From an uncultured virus (IMG/VR IMGVR_UViG_3300020057_000040) (Duplodnaviria; Heunggongvirae; Uroviricota; Caudoviricetes), in IMG/VR virus record IMGVR_UViG_3300020057_000040: DNA of 64,000 nucleotides. One strand, 5' to 3'. Each line of letters opens with the position of its first letter. Positions within the stretch are counted from its first letter, which is position 1. Shown piece by piece: positions 11,901 through 24,999 of the stretch. A model generated the notes under the pieces. The model was given only the letters and a program-made list of their open reading frames with translations, had not been told where the DNA came from and searched no databases. A program made the translations under genes and the position numbers.

Positions 11901-14900
11901 AAAATTATTTTTTAGTTTTTTTGTTTAATTACTTTTATAATTACATCATCCTTTTTTTGTTTTGATACTTTCCAAGCTGACATCTTTCCATGAACAACAT
12001 TTACGTGAGCCGATTTAATTTCTTTAAAATAAAATTTAATATCATCAATCAATTCATTGTACGATTCATCATCTTCACACTCTATATCAATTAAAAATGA
12101 TACACGGGCTTTAATATAAATAGCAGGATTATTATTATCTTTTTTTTCAGGCATAAACAATTAACTTAGTTTGAAAATTAAATCACAGTTAATTGAAAAA
12201 TCCCTGTATGCTTCATCAGAATCTCCATTAGCATTAGATGGAAATACGTGTACCAAATATACCCTTTTTGCTTTGTTTGTTACGCTAATGCCCCTCAATA
12301 GAAACTGTACTTCACTCAATTCTTCCTCATTGTGTGTTGTATCAACTAATTTTTTGTGGTCAATGATAAGAAACGAATCGCTTTTGAATGGATAATTACA
12401 TTTAAGGTATTCAGAACTATTAATAATTATTTTTTTAACTATTTTTTCATTATTTAAAAAAAATCTTGTGCGTTCAACAACCTCTTGTCTTAAAGATATA
12501 ATAAATTTATCTTTCAATCTATAATCTTCTTTTTGGTAAACTAAACCGAATTGAATTGGAGTTGCACCTTTGTTTACTGAATTAAAATTTTCAGGAGATG
12601 GTACAAATTGTTTACACGCATTGTGCATCTCTTTCAAAATGTTTTTAATTCGTAAATCTTTATCCTGTTTTTTTTCTGTATAAATAATATTTATGCTCAT
12701 AAACTTTAATTTAATTATCTACAATTATTGAAAAATTTTTGTGTAGTTATGTAATTGTTTTCAATTCTTTTTTTCAAATCATTCAAATCGTCTGAATAAA
12801 CAATTATCTCTACTAATCCGTCTAAATAATTATCAACTGAGATTATCTTTGAATAAAATTTATAGTTTTTATTTTTACCTAATCTTATCACAGCTATCTT
12901 AATAGGAATATATTTTCCATACAACCCATTCAGTGTTTTATAATTGGACATTTTTTTATATATTCTTAAAAAAACAAATAAGTCTAAAGCCCATTTTTTA
13001 TTTTTATCAGGTTTAGTTCCTCCTGTTACGTACCTGTATTTCCAATCAAATTTCATTTATTTTTTTAATTATATAAATTTTTCAAAGCACAAACATTTTA
13101 TACTTTCTCTACATATACAACAATTAGGCATATTTGAATTATTACCGTCATTTTGTTTTTCTTCTTCTGTTTCGTGTCCGTATTTATCGTAGAACTTAGC
13201 AAAGTCAACCAACGCTCTTAATGCAGTATCATACGAATTAAACTTAACGCTATTAAATATAGTTATTCTACCGTGCTTTTCGATAATCTCATTCGCTTTT
13301 TTTAATAAAGGCTCATTCATAATTTATTTTCTATTCGTAATTTTTTAATAAATCTTGGTAATTAAATTTTGTTGATAATGTATTGGAGATACTAACATCC
13401 TTATCCTTGTCGTTTACTACGTCGGCAAAACCATAAAACTTTTGATTGTATGTTTTAATAAATTTTGGAATTGTAATTCTCATAAGTACAAAGTCAATTC
13501 CTTTATCTGTAATACGCCACATACCACTTGTTTTTTTATGAGTTATGCTACTTGATTTTTGTTGTTGCTCAATTAATCCCCAATGGCGCATCTTTGCAAA
13601 CGCTCCACTTACAGTGATACTTATCTTAATATCTCTCGCAACGTGAAACCAAACTTTCTCAGGATGTTTTTTGTTTAGTTTATAAAGTGTGATTAAGCAT
13701 TTAGTTGTTTCGGCACTAATTGGGTATTTTTGAAGTTTTACATTTTGATTACATACAGGGCATTTGCAACCTTTGTGCATTACCTCAGTAGTAAACATAT
13801 TGCCCTTCATAATCTTTGTAGCTTCTTCAACAGAACCATATTTTTCAATAAGATTTTTTATTGATTTACAAAAATCAACATTCTTCTGCCAATCCATGCC
13901 ATTATCTTTCAATAGCTGCTTAATATCTTCGTGAATTTGTCCCATATTTTTTGACCGTATATGAGTTACGAAGTTACTTATAAAAATGTAATAAGTTACA
14001 AAAAAATAAGCGAGTTATTAACAACCCGCTCCTTTTTGTAAATGAAAAAAATAGTTACTTTAATAGCACGTCAGCTCTACTGCGGTGGTAGTTCACTATT
14101 GACCCTGTTCTGTTTCAACATAAATATTTGGAAAATTATCTAAGTCAATAATTGGTTTATCAAACGCATGGCTAATGAACTCGTTAGTACTCTTTAGGTC
14201 ATCTAATGCTTCAAAAGCACTCATCTTAACTTCTATATCACCATAGCTACCCAATATGCCGTTAGTGTAGTAGCAATTCAGAATTAAATATTCTCGCCAC
14301 TTCTCATCACGTAATGGATGTTTACTCAGTCGGGTAGCAACACGATAATTCCAATGAGATTTTGGAGTAGGTTCACTATCGTATTTATTTTTTTGTTTAT
14401 AATATTTTCCTGATGCGAAACCGAAAAAATATGTCCCTATAACTATTATAACTACTAATAATATTTGTCCTAATTCGTATAAATCCTGTTCTATCATAAT
14501 TTTTACTTTTTTGTTTGGCGATAAATAAAATATATACCTTGATGTTTTAATATTTTAAATTTTAATGCGAATATACAATATTCGTCATTACCTTTTAATT
14601 CTTTTACTTTATATTTTGCTTCATCTTTAGAATAAAATGGTTTTAAATCTTCTTCTATAAAATATTTATTTTTACCGTCTGATGATAAAATGTAATAAGG
14701 CGGGATAGCTAAATTACGTTTTTGTTTTTTTACTGCCGTTGTTTCCATCTTTATATTTTGTTTAATAAATTTCTAACTCTAATTCTAACTCTTTTTCAGA
14801 AACAGATTCTAACTCTAAATATTCCCATATTACGAATCGAGTTGCTAACCTCCATCCATAAAAGCCATCAAACAAATAAACTAAATCTCCAAAACAATTT

Positions 14901-14994
14901 ATTTTACTTTTTTCAAATATATAAATATCTCCTTCTTTCATGTCAGGAGAAGATATATATGGCGGTATTGCCTTGTTATTAATAAGCAAAACTC

Positions 14995-16534
14995 TCATTC
15001 GTAAATAGCTAAACCACATTCCTGTAATGTTTTATTATCTAATAAAGAGGTAAACACATCATATCCTAAGTCAATTAATTTTTGTTTAACTGCAAACCAA
15101 TCCGCTTCTTTGTAAAAAAAACTCCAACACTTTTTATTTTCAATTATACTTACTAAATATTTTCCTGATGTTGAACACCAAATATAATTTTGTCTTGGCA
15201 AACCTACTATTGAAACTTCTTTAGCATCTTCATCTGTTATATTTTTAAGTGATTTTAAAACCAAATAAGCATTATCAAATTTAAACCAATCAATAACTTT
15301 TAATTTATCGTCATTATCAGGTAATATCAATACATATTGTCCCCAATACTGAGCGAAAACTTTTGATTTTATCTCTTTTGTTAATTCCATATTTAAAAAT
15401 TAATTACAGGTTGTATTTTAATATTACAGTCTGTGCAGGTATAATCAGGCATATCAAGTTTTTTACTGCAATTAGGGCAAGGGTATTTATCTGTGTTTTT
15501 CCAACGTTTTACCGTTAACTTAACCACTTTTAATAAACAGCCAAACCACATTCTTGTAAGGTTTTTCCGCCAAGTAAATATTGCGGTAAGTCGTACCCCT
15601 TGCTTTGTAAATATTGAAAGGATGGTGAGTAAACTGGTTGCCAATAGTCGTGAGAGTACCCATCCCATTCAATTATACAATCAAGACACCCATTGTTTTT
15701 TTCGTCTATGTGAAATCCAATCTTAATGTTTTCAATGTTTTTTCCTATACCTTCTTGCTGTAATTTAGTAAATTCAATAGCATATTCATTGGTAATATCG
15801 GAAATGTTTTTTAATATTAATTTACACTCATTGCTTTTTACAAAACAAACGTGAGTGAATCCGTCTTTAGCTTCACCCATCCTGAGTTTTAAATATTCTT
15901 CATCATCAATACCACCAACAGAAATTAGTTTTCTGTTTCTTACTTTTGAACCACTATTATCTAATTCAATCATTTGCCCCAAATACTGAGCGAAAACTTT
16001 TGCTTTAATTTCGTTTGTAATTTCCATCGTTATATTAAATTAATCTTGTTCGTAAATTGCTAAACCACATTCCTGTAATGTTTTACTTTTAAGTAAAAGA
16101 TGTGGTAAATCATAACCTTTTGATTGCAGGTATTGGTAAATTTTAATCCAATCCCAACCTGATAAATTTGTTTGACCGTTCCAAAATCTACCTAACAGTT
16201 CTTTTGCTTGAACTATTCTGCTACTTTCCATAAGATGATTCCAACGGCATATATTAGCTACTTCTAAAGCATCTTCATCCGTAATATCTGATAGAGGTTT
16301 TAGAATTAACTTACATTGGTCTGTGTTGTAATTTGTGTGATTACTAACATCTGTTTCGTTTTCGAGCAGGACACCTATAAAACTATCTACCATTCCAATG
16401 TCAATCTCTTTAAGTTGTCCTTTAAGTTTTTTTGATGGTAATCCTTCACCCTGCGATTGCCTTGTCGTTGTTTGCATTTGTTGACCTAAATACTGACCAA
16501 GAACCGTTGCTTTAATTTCGTTTGTTAATTCCAT
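14995..16534 (-). CDS. Three tandem paralogous genes (14995-15390, 15530-16027, 16040-16534)
   Basis: Shared MELT.EIK..V..QY.GQ start, LK....IT.E.A core and KTLQECGLA.Y end. Confidence 0.8.
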
Positions 16535-16803
16535 ATTATTTTTGTTTGTTTTATTATTTTTTTTGAGATAAACAGTATTTCTCTTTTCCTAACCACTTTA
16601 GCTCCGTACTCAATTACTTTGTCTGACATTTTTTTTCCATGTTCGTCGTACACAGGATTTCCGCTATTATAAATTAAATCATAATGCGGATGATTCTTTT
16701 TTACTCCTTCAAACATATTCCTGCTTAGACCAATTGATTTAGCGAACTCATGTAGTTCTTCAAGTGAATCTGCAACGAGATGTACTTCGTCCGTATAAAT
16801 CAT
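16525..16803 (-). CDS. DUF4031-like protein
   Basis: HLVADSLEELHEFAKSIGL...HPHYDL signature. Confidence 0.7.
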   Translation of the reverse strand: MIYTDEVHLVADSLEELHEFAKSIGLSRNMFEGVKKNHPHYDLIYNSGNPVYDEHGKKMSDKVIEYGAKVVRKREILFISKKIIKQTKIIWN

Positions 16804-17092
16804 TATAGAGTATTCATAACTTGTTTAAAAAATTCTAGTAGTATAGGATTGTTTTTTAATGTGTCTAAAATCTGAGCTTTTAAAAGAGTATCTCCACGCT
16901 CATCGTTAACTCTAACAGAAGCAAAGCCACCTTGCTTATTATCTCCTACACAAAATAATATGTAGTTTGAGAACTCTGCATTTCTCATTAAGTTATCCAC
17001 ATCCAACATTAAGTCGTTTATCTATTTGAGCGTAAAACCCACACGCCTTTAGGCTGTGGGATGTAAGCGAACTCAACGCTTTCATTTTGTTT

Positions 17093-18445
17093 TTAATTGT
17101 ATGCAAAACTTCCAAAGTTAAATATTTTTTCTATGTTTTTTGTTGCGAAAACCTTTTTGCTATTTTCAACTTTTACATAAGCACCTTTGTTTTGTATTCC
17201 AACTGCCTTATGTTTTTCCCCGTCAATCCAAACTAAATCTTTTGGTTGAATACCATATCTCTGTTTTCTAATTGAAGGATAAAAACCATTTCTGTTTAAT
17301 TGAATTGCTCTATTGTTTCTATGTTTCTGAATAATTGTAGTTTGTTTACAACGTTCCTGTGTTGTTCCACCTGCAATTACAAACGCATCGTTGGCGTGAG
17401 TTTTTTCAATGTTATTTTCAATTCGTTTTACCTTTGTAATGTAGCCATAAGTTAAATTAACCTCTCCGAACTGTTCTTGCAATCCATTAATAATGAAATT
17501 TTTTGAGATGTTCATAAATGTTGAACCCTTGTACTCTCTGTTCTTTTTTAGTTTCAGTCCTTTTTTGTGTAGTTTCTTGTGGCAATCTTTGTGTAGTAAT
17601 GCTAAATTAGTTGGATTATTACTTCCTGAGTTACTTCTTTCAATTATATGATGTAAGTGCCAACCGTTTTTGTCAAATCCTTTTTCGCATAATTGACATT
17701 TACCATTTTCTCTTTCAAGAATATACGCTTTCGTGTTTTCATAACCATATAAACTTCCTTGTTGGTAATCCGTTCCACTAATCTCTGAGTTATTCATTTT
17801 CTGAATATCAAAATTTGCAATTTCAAGATTAACTTTACTTACAGGAAGATATTTGCAATAAATTTCAAACAGCCTGACGTGAGCATCAATTCTTCTTTGT
17901 GTTGAAGGTGGCAACCAATTTTCTTTTTTCTTACGATTTAAAAATCTTGGCTTCCTGTACCACAGTTTGTTTCTTCTACCTCTACGGTACATTCTTTTTT
18001 CTGTTAGTCTGTCTTTTGTTTTTGAATCAAGAGTTACTTCTCCTGAAACTAATTCTTTTTTTTCTGTTACAAATGAAAACCCAATGTGCTTGTAACCTTT
18101 GTCCATCCCGCCTGTAATTTCTTGTACTTGATTTTCACATTCAAAATTTAATTGAATTACAAACGGAAATTGTCTTACTACTTTTGCTTTACCTGCTGCT
18201 AATAATTTTCGTGCCTTTGCAGGTTTACAAGGCATTAATTTTTTACCTTCAATTGAAAGTACGAGAACGTTGACGTTAAGTCCGCCTCCTCGTTGGCGTT
18301 GATTCACTTCGGGATTGTTAGAACAGGTTTTTAAACTTGCAACACTAAGACTTTGGTCTTTGTTTAATTGCAAATCACAGTTGCTACGAGCTTGTGAAGC
18401 ACTCGTAGGTGTGTTGGTTTTCCTTCTCTGTTTTAACTTCTGCAT
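17093..18445 (-). CDS. iscB: IscB RNA-guided endonuclease (RuvC + HNH); the true start may be near 18280 because the called N-terminus overlaps the omegaRNA
   Basis: KLMP(PLMP)-KARKLL, RuvC-I GMDKG, bridge helix RMYRRGRR, RuvC-II LEIANFD, HNH CQLC..HHII..HKDCH, RuvC-III HANDA. Confidence 0.93.
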   Translation of the reverse strand: MQKLKQRRKTNTPTSASQARSNCDLQLNKDQSLSVASLKTCSNNPEVNQRQRGGGLNVNVLVLSIEGKKLMPCKPAKARKLLAAGKAKVVRQFPFVIQLNFECENQVQEITGGMDKGYKHIGFSFVTEKKELVSGEVTLDSKTKDRLTEKRMYRRGRRNKLWYRKPRFLNRKKKENWLPPSTQRRIDAHVRLFEIYCKYLPVSKVNLEIANFDIQKMNNSEISGTDYQQGSLYGYENTKAYILERENGKCQLCEKGFDKNGWHLHHIIERSNSGSNNPTNLALLHKDCHKKLHKKGLKLKKNREYKGSTFMNISKNFIINGLQEQFGEVNLTYGYITKVKRIENNIEKTHANDAFVIAGGTTQERCKQTTIIQKHRNNRAIQLNRNGFYPSIRKQRYGIQPKDLVWIDGEKHKAVGIQNKGAYVKVENSKKVFATKNIEKIFNFGSFAYN

Positions 18446-18538
18446 AATTAATTATTACTAATTTTTAAGCTCCCTAATCAACAATTTAACCCGTCCTCAC
18501 GGACAAGCCCCTATCCCTTTAGGGTAGGGGTGATTGAC
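18275..18538 (-). ncRNA. omegaRNA scaffold; guide predicted to be the flank just beyond 18538
   Basis: GTCAATCACCCC start and CACCTACGAGTGCTTCACAAGCTCGTAGCAACTGTG hairpin immediately upstream of iscB. Confidence 0.75.
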
Positions 18539-18560
18539 TATTTCTTTGTCGGTTGCCATA

Positions 18561-19355
18561 CTAATACTCGTTAAATTCTCTAATCAATAAATCTTTTGGA
18601 ATAGGTATTACTTTATCAATTTGCTTCATAAAGAACGGTGTACCTGATGCCTTGCATTGTTCACGTATATTCCTTGCCCAATCGGGATTAAATGGTCTTC
18701 TACTATTACCGCTTTCTCCACCGACAATAATCCAATCAATAGTACCGTTAACCAAGTCGAAATATCTTGAATTATCAATCCAAGAAGCATCAAATGTTAT
18801 CCCACCTAACATTGGCTCTACGCTTAAAAACTTTTTTCCTTTGACCTGCAATAATTGTGGTATTAATTTATTGGCTGTTTCTTGATTCACAGGACTTGTT
18901 CCGAACATCACGTTTATTGGCGGACTTTTTTTCCATGATACAGGAATATACTTGTTAATGTTTGACGGACGTTTGGTTAAAAACAAATACATCAAGTTTG
19001 GAGTAATAGGCACTATTTCCTCAAACAATTTTTTCCTAATATCATTTGTGTTATATGGTAAATTTTCTCCATTGTGATTAATTAAAGGCATTGTCTTTTC
19101 AAAAATATCCATCATCGAACCAACGAATACACGGTGTATCTCACCTGCTTCTTTTGCTTTTTTATTATACTTGATTAAATCCTTTGCCCAAGTTTTAGTT
19201 TCTTTTCTGTTACTACCTTTACCCCAAAGATTATCATTGAATCGGTTTGACCATATCCTTGCGTAACAATTATCACAGCCATCGTGAACCTCAATACAAC
19301 CCCACCACAAATTTTTTGTGTGCATCGTCCATTCTATCTTACTATTTTCTCCCAT
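18561..19355 (-). CDS. DUF5131 / phage Gp37-Gp68 family radical-SAM-like protein
   Basis: SKIEWT, GC..VHDGCDNCYA, LTKRP, SVEPML, WIIVGGESG and PFFMKQ motifs. Confidence 0.9.
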   Translation of the reverse strand: MGENSKIEWTMHTKNLWWGCIEVHDGCDNCYARIWSNRFNDNLWGKGSNRKETKTWAKDLIKYNKKAKEAGEIHRVFVGSMMDIFEKTMPLINHNGENLPYNTNDIRKKLFEEIVPITPNLMYLFLTKRPSNINKYIPVSWKKSPPINVMFGTSPVNQETANKLIPQLLQVKGKKFLSVEPMLGGITFDASWIDNSRYFDLVNGTIDWIIVGGESGNSRRPFNPDWARNIREQCKASGTPFFMKQIDKVIPIPKDLLIREFNEY

Positions 19356-19646
19356 TATTATATTTACAATTTCTTATGTTGTTTAGCGTACACAATTATT
19401 TTCTCAGGTTCTACTTCAATAAATTGTACTTGAAATTGAGTTATTTTTTCGTATTCTTCCTCAGTTGGTTTCCTTGTTATAGCTGCCGTATGTTTAATAT
19501 TCATTACTTCATAAAAATCTTCACCATTTTCGATAAAGTTACCTATTGCGGGTGGTTGCAGAAAAGTGAACATAAAATCTTTATTACCTGCTACAACTTT
19601 TAGAGTTTGTTTCATTTTTTTAGTTTTTTTAGTTCACCAAATTTAC

Positions 19647-20030
19647 TCAATTTTTAGATATTAAGTTCTTATGGTCAATAACATTACCTATTATTAAAGG
19701 CTGTGATGCTTCTATAAGAAACTCATTTAAAGCAATATAGCCTATACTACCTGTTGTGATTATATAAAAGCCATTTCTGTTACGTTCACGGCAATATTCG
19801 ATATGACCGACAACATCCATACCGTTGTTTTTAAACTTTAATATATCACCCTCATACATTTCTTTATTGGTTACGTCCCTGTATCCTGTAAACCAATAGT
19901 AATGTAGTTTACTTATATCATATTCGTTAGGAATAAAACTAAGGTCATCGGTTATACTTATAGTTTTCCATTTACTATTTCCTTTAAATTTATTATTATG
20001 TATTTTAAATTTTATTAGTTCCGCTTTCAT
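19647..20030 (-). CDS. YopX-family protein
   Basis: FTGYRDVTNKEMYEGDIL ... IIGNVID signature. Confidence 0.8.
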   Translation of the reverse strand: MKAELIKFKIHNNKFKGNSKWKTISITDDLSFIPNEYDISKLHYYWFTGYRDVTNKEMYEGDILKFKNNGMDVVGHIEYCRERNRNGFYIITTGSIGYIALNEFLIEASQPLIIGNVIDHKNLISKN

Positions 20031-21126
20031 TATTATGTTTTTGTGATTGTTTGATTAAATAAAAATTCAAGTATTGTTCTAATTGGTTATCTATTCCTGA
20101 TAAAATTTTTGTTGTCAATTCTTTCCAATCACGAATATTAAATCCCGCATTACTCCATTTACCATTCTCGAACATCATGTACCAAAGTTTAATTAAGTTT
20201 TCGTTAGTATCTAATTTGGGTTTAATGGATAACACAAATTCTTTATATTCGTCGTATGATGGTCTTGGATATAATTCCTGATTCGGTTCTACTTTTATTT
20301 CGTAATCATTAAATTGAGCAAGAGAGTTCAGTGTAGTTTTTAATTCATCTCTTGACATAAAATATTTATTATGTTCTTTAATATTAATTTCCTTGTTTTT
20401 TCTTAGTGCTTCTAATCCTGTAATTACAGAGGCGATTACGGCTGCGAAAGCAATAGGTGTAGCCCAAATCTTTAAAAGTAATAAGTTACCCGTCCAAATA
20501 AATATAAGCAATAAACTCATCCATAAACTACCTACGACACCAATTGAAATAAATTCCATTGTGTTTTTTGCTTTTAAAAACCAAAAGGTTAAGTTGGTTA
20601 AACGCATAACCCGTGAAATATCATTATCCATTTTTTTGAAGTAAATACTATTGTCGTTTTTTTTAATATACCTGTTATTTTTTTTGGTGTCGCTCATAAC
20701 TTTATTTTCCAGTTACTTTATAATTTTTAATAACCCATGTAGCTCCACGAATCAAACTCTCTATTTCATCAGAACCACAACCTTTAAAATCACGGGTAAC
20801 ATCCCTTATAATTTCCTCATCATTAACTTGTATTGCTTCATTATCAACTGCGTTTGGTTTTTCACGTTTATCGTGGCGTTTAATCCAAATGATAATCATT
20901 TCCTTATTGAATGATAAATCAACTGTTGATGTAAAAGAACCGAGATAGTATTCATTACCATTTACATAAAAATCGTGTAAAGATTTAACGGTGTTACATA
21001 TACTCTCCCTGAAAGCGGGTGCTTTTACTTTAAACTTATTGCAGCATTTTTCAATATCATTGTTGCTTAGAAAAGTTTTTAATCTTTCAATTTTATCTTT
21101 TGTTAAATGTAGTGCTTGGCTCATAA

Positions 21127-21519
21127 TTAAATTAGTGTTTTTATTATTCTATTCAATACATCAGTAGAAGTATGACCGTCAAAAGGAAATTTAGCTTTTT
21201 CAAAAGTATAAACTTTAAATAAATCCCAATCTTTGTCTTCATAATGATTTGATATTTGACCATCAGGCAAAATAGCTACAACTATAAACCAACCTCCACC
21301 AAAACACAAATCTCCTTCATAATGTCTTCTACTTTTATGAACATCATACTTGTTATTTTTTGACCATTCATTAAATAAAGCAGCGTTATAAACTTTTCTA
21401 AATTCATACAGTTCGTTGAATGTGTGGTAGCCGTCGGATATTTCACCTTTATTAAAATTATTATTTTTAATTTGCTCATTGATTAATTCCAATGATACGT
21501 TTTTGTTGTGGTTTTTCAT
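21127..21519 (-). CDS. Conserved phage protein (WDGH-like domain)
   Basis: SDGYHTFNELY, GWFIV, GQISNHY..WDLF and FDGHT motifs. Confidence 0.7.
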   Translation of the reverse strand: MKNHNKNVSLELINEQIKNNNFNKGEISDGYHTFNELYEFRKVYNAALFNEWSKNNKYDVHKSRRHYEGDLCFGGGWFIVVAILPDGQISNHYEDKDWDLFKVYTFEKAKFPFDGHTSTDVLNRIIKTLI

Positions 21520-22176
21520 TTAGCTTTTTTTTACTTTTTTGTTTGCTACCGAAGTAGTATCGTTTTTTTGATTGTACGTTATTACAGTTTCGTTTATTTC
21601 AATCATTATGATATTATCTTTATAAGATATTTTCAGTTTACCTTTATCCGACTTTATATTTTCACGGAACGAATTATGGTATGCTGCCCTGCAAATATCA
21701 TCACAAAACTTTCTACCTTTAGTTCCTTCTGTTTTCTCACCGCATTTTAGGCAGGTGCATATATTTTTAGTGCTTGGCATTATTTAATATCTTCTAAAAA
21801 TTTAATTACATTTTTTTCACCGCAAGGAATAAATCCTCTTTTTTCGAGTAAATGTTTTTTGAACCTATCGTTCATAATTTCAAGAACCATTAAATTTTTT
21901 TTATCAAGCTTACAACTATTCTCAAACCAATCGAAAACATCTTGAAGGTGTCCGTTACCTTCCTTATCATTACCAATAGCTAATATCATGTAGCACTTTT
22001 CATTCCAACAATAAACACCCGTGCAAGTTCCTACACGGTAGTTTAAAAATCCTTCCTCAAAGTGAGGTGCAATCTCAAACGGTAAATCGTGAGTGCTTTT
22101 AAATTCAATATCAGGATTATTTTTAATCTTATTAGTTTTTTCTAAACTGCGTTTTATTTGTTTCTTTACTGACATT

Positions 22177-22695
22177 TTATTTTTTATTTTTTTTACTTAA
22201 TTTAGCATATCTCAATTTTGTAAAGTGAACAATGATTCCATCAAGTACACCGTGTTTAAAAAACTTTCTAAACAAATCAATAGGTACACCATCATTCTTT
22301 GCTAACGTTCTAATCCTTTTATCACTAATAAACACATAACCTTTTCCTGTATTGATAGAAATATCAGCAGCTTCTTTAGTAACAACTACACGCTCGTAAC
22401 CAACTTCACCCTGTCCAAACTGTTTAATTTCTTTTTGTTCACTACGGTAAGGAAGACCTGACCATTGCCTTACTGACAATATAGCTCTACCTGCGTTAAT
22501 TTCATCAATTCGTTTTTTCCAAAACGCATAATTTTGGCGAAGCGTATGTTTTTTATCTCCCGACAAAATCTTTTTCTTAAATCCTGTTGTTTTCGCAATT
22601 TGTGGTACTTGTGTAGGGAACTTAACCATCATTGTTATGATATAAGTTTTTAAAGTATTTTCCTTTTTAACACGTTTGGTCTTTTTATTTATCAT
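22177..22695 (-). CDS. ASCH/PUA-like hypothetical protein
   Basis: F..KILSGDKKHTLR, VRQWSGLPYRS.Q and LAKNDG motifs. Confidence 0.5.
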   Translation of the reverse strand: MINKKTKRVKKENTLKTYIITMMVKFPTQVPQIAKTTGFKKKILSGDKKHTLRQNYAFWKKRIDEINAGRAILSVRQWSGLPYRSEQKEIKQFGQGEVGYERVVVTKEAADISINTGKGYVFISDKRIRTLAKNDGVPIDLFRKFFKHGVLDGIIVHFTKLRYAKLSKKNKK

Positions 22696-24999
22696 ATTTA
22701 TTTTCCTCTAAAATTGTTTGCATAAAACCGTACATCCCCGTATCTTTATTTTCGTACATCTCGGTCATCTTATCCCAATTATCAACGTAATCAGACCACA
22801 CACCACCTTCTTCTTTCATCTTATGTAGTTCGGCTCTGAACTCAGGAACTATTTTAAGCAAGGCATAGCATCTACTGAAATCATCAGGGTCATACGGATA
22901 GTTACAAGTCGCTTCTTTCAATCCTGTTACAGATAGCTTGGCAAAAATTGATTTTGAGCTTTGACCACGTTCACCGTGTTCTAGCCACCAATGTTCTCTT
23001 TCCTCTCTTGTTAATTCCATATTCACTATTGGAGGTGTGTAAGTTTGTTTACAATCCTTATGTGATTTTTGAAACTGTGTATTCATAGCCGAAAACATAT
23101 CCATATCAATAGGAAATGGAACTACTTGTTCACGTCCACATTTAGTGCATAATAATTTTTCATTTCTGATAACGCAATAAGCCGTTTTATTTTTTTTTGA
23201 CATGATTATATTTGTACTAATTTATATTTTATTTTTTCAGTCAGAATACCCCGTCAACTCTGCTACGGTGGTAGTTCACTTGCTCAACGATTAATTTTTT
23301 AACCATTTCTCTTTTTGTTTTCTCTAACTTTTCAAGAGCATTGCCTAATTGCATAATATAATCCTGACTTGAAATTACTTTTTCAGATATTTCCAATAGC
23401 TTTGACAAATCTTGAATATCTAATTTTTGTATATCAAATAATTCTTTATACGAAGTAATTTTTTCTTCTAACAATTTAATTTTCTGTATGTAATATGCTT
23501 CCTTTTCTTCGGTCATGTTAATCCATTTTAGTTAATAGTTCAATTAAATCTGATAAAACTATGTATTGTATTTTATAATCCGTGCTATTGCCATAATATT
23601 CACGGTATTCGTCTTCGTTAGTTTGTATCAAATCTTCAATTTCACGGTACTGTAAATAACTGATATTTGATTTTAATTTACTTAGAGTTATATCCAAAAC
23701 TTTAAATTTACTATCAGGTTCTTCAACCTTGTATGGCTTTGCGCTATAACCACCGTAACCACCACCACCCATACCACCTATTTCATACCTGTGATAAATA
23801 ACAAGTCCCTTCACATCCACAGGAATACCATTAGGCTGCGTGTAAATACCTTGTTCTCTATTAGGACAAGCATAGTTTATGTCTTCAATATCAGTTGTAG
23901 TTAATTCCATTATTTATTTTCAATTTCTTGTTCTTCTACAATTTCTTGTTCTCCTAAATACCATTCAGCAAACATTTTAAATCGCTGCATTGGTATCCGT
24001 ACTTGCGTGTGTCCCATCTTTAATACAACCACATTCGGTTGAACTGAAATAGAATCTTCGTTATGTCCTATGCCTTGCTCGTTCAATTTATTTGCCGTGT
24101 ATTGGTCTTTACAATCACACGGTCTTAATTTTTTTGCCATAATTATATAATTTCATTTACAAATGGTAATCCATCGTGTTCATTGCCTTGATTAATATTA
24201 CCTAATACTTCTTTGTAATAAGTATCTATACTATCTTCTATTGCTTTACAAACAGAAACATTCAAGTTATTCATGTTTAATAAATCATCATTAGGATTAA
24301 AAGTTTTTATAATAAAATTCAATCTTGCAATCTGTTTTTCATCAATATCTATTGTTAAAATCATTTTTTTATTTTTTTTTAGTTATGCTATACTTTGATT
24401 GTAAACTTCTAATTTATTTTGAAGACCTTGTTTAAAACGAATTATAATCACTTGTTCCTTTCCACAATAATTTGATATTTGTTCTCTTTTTGCCTCATCT
24501 TCGGGATACATAGCTAAAAGTTCTTTTTCAATTTCTTTTTCGTGTCGCTTTATTATTAATTTCAACCTCTCTGAAAAAATTAATGTTTCAAGAAATTCCT
24601 CATCAAATTCTTCATAGGCTTTTTCCTCAGTCATTCGGTACATGATTTGACTTTTATTTTCTTTCACAAGAATAAGATATTCCCTGAACATCCTTTTCTT
24701 ACGTTTAAATAATTTATCGTATAAACTCATATTCTTGATTTTTTTGCAGTATTAGTATTCGTTGTCGTATTAGTTTTTTAGTTTTTTTTAGTCAATAACA
24801 TCTTCGTTTTTATCCTTAGATAGAGAATAAATTATTATTACTATTCCAATTACAGGATGGTTATAATGTATAAGAACACATCCAAGTGTAAATATCGGAT
24901 AAGTAAATACTCCGATTAATGTTAGTAGTATTAGTGTTAATGTTTTTATCATTTATGTTTACTTTTTTTTGTTTTATTTTTCTTCCTTCTGTGCTATTT

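Larger units (their letters stand above)
17026..18538 (-). mobile_element. IS200/IS605-family IscB (OMEGA) element lacking tnpA
   Basis: Left-end hairpin GTCAATCACCCCTACCCTAAAGGGATAGGGGCTTG, omegaRNA, iscB and right-end hairpin CCCACAGCCTAAAGGCGTGTGGG. Confidence 0.85.

Noticed and set aside
842..21750. Short + strand ORFs opposite the long minus-strand operons
   Set aside because: Antisense shadows with no recognisable motifs.
22826..22837. 12-nt match (TAGTTCGGCTCT) to the flank of the solo left end at about 26544
   Set aside because: Too short and not adjacent to the scaffold or a TAM; probably chance.
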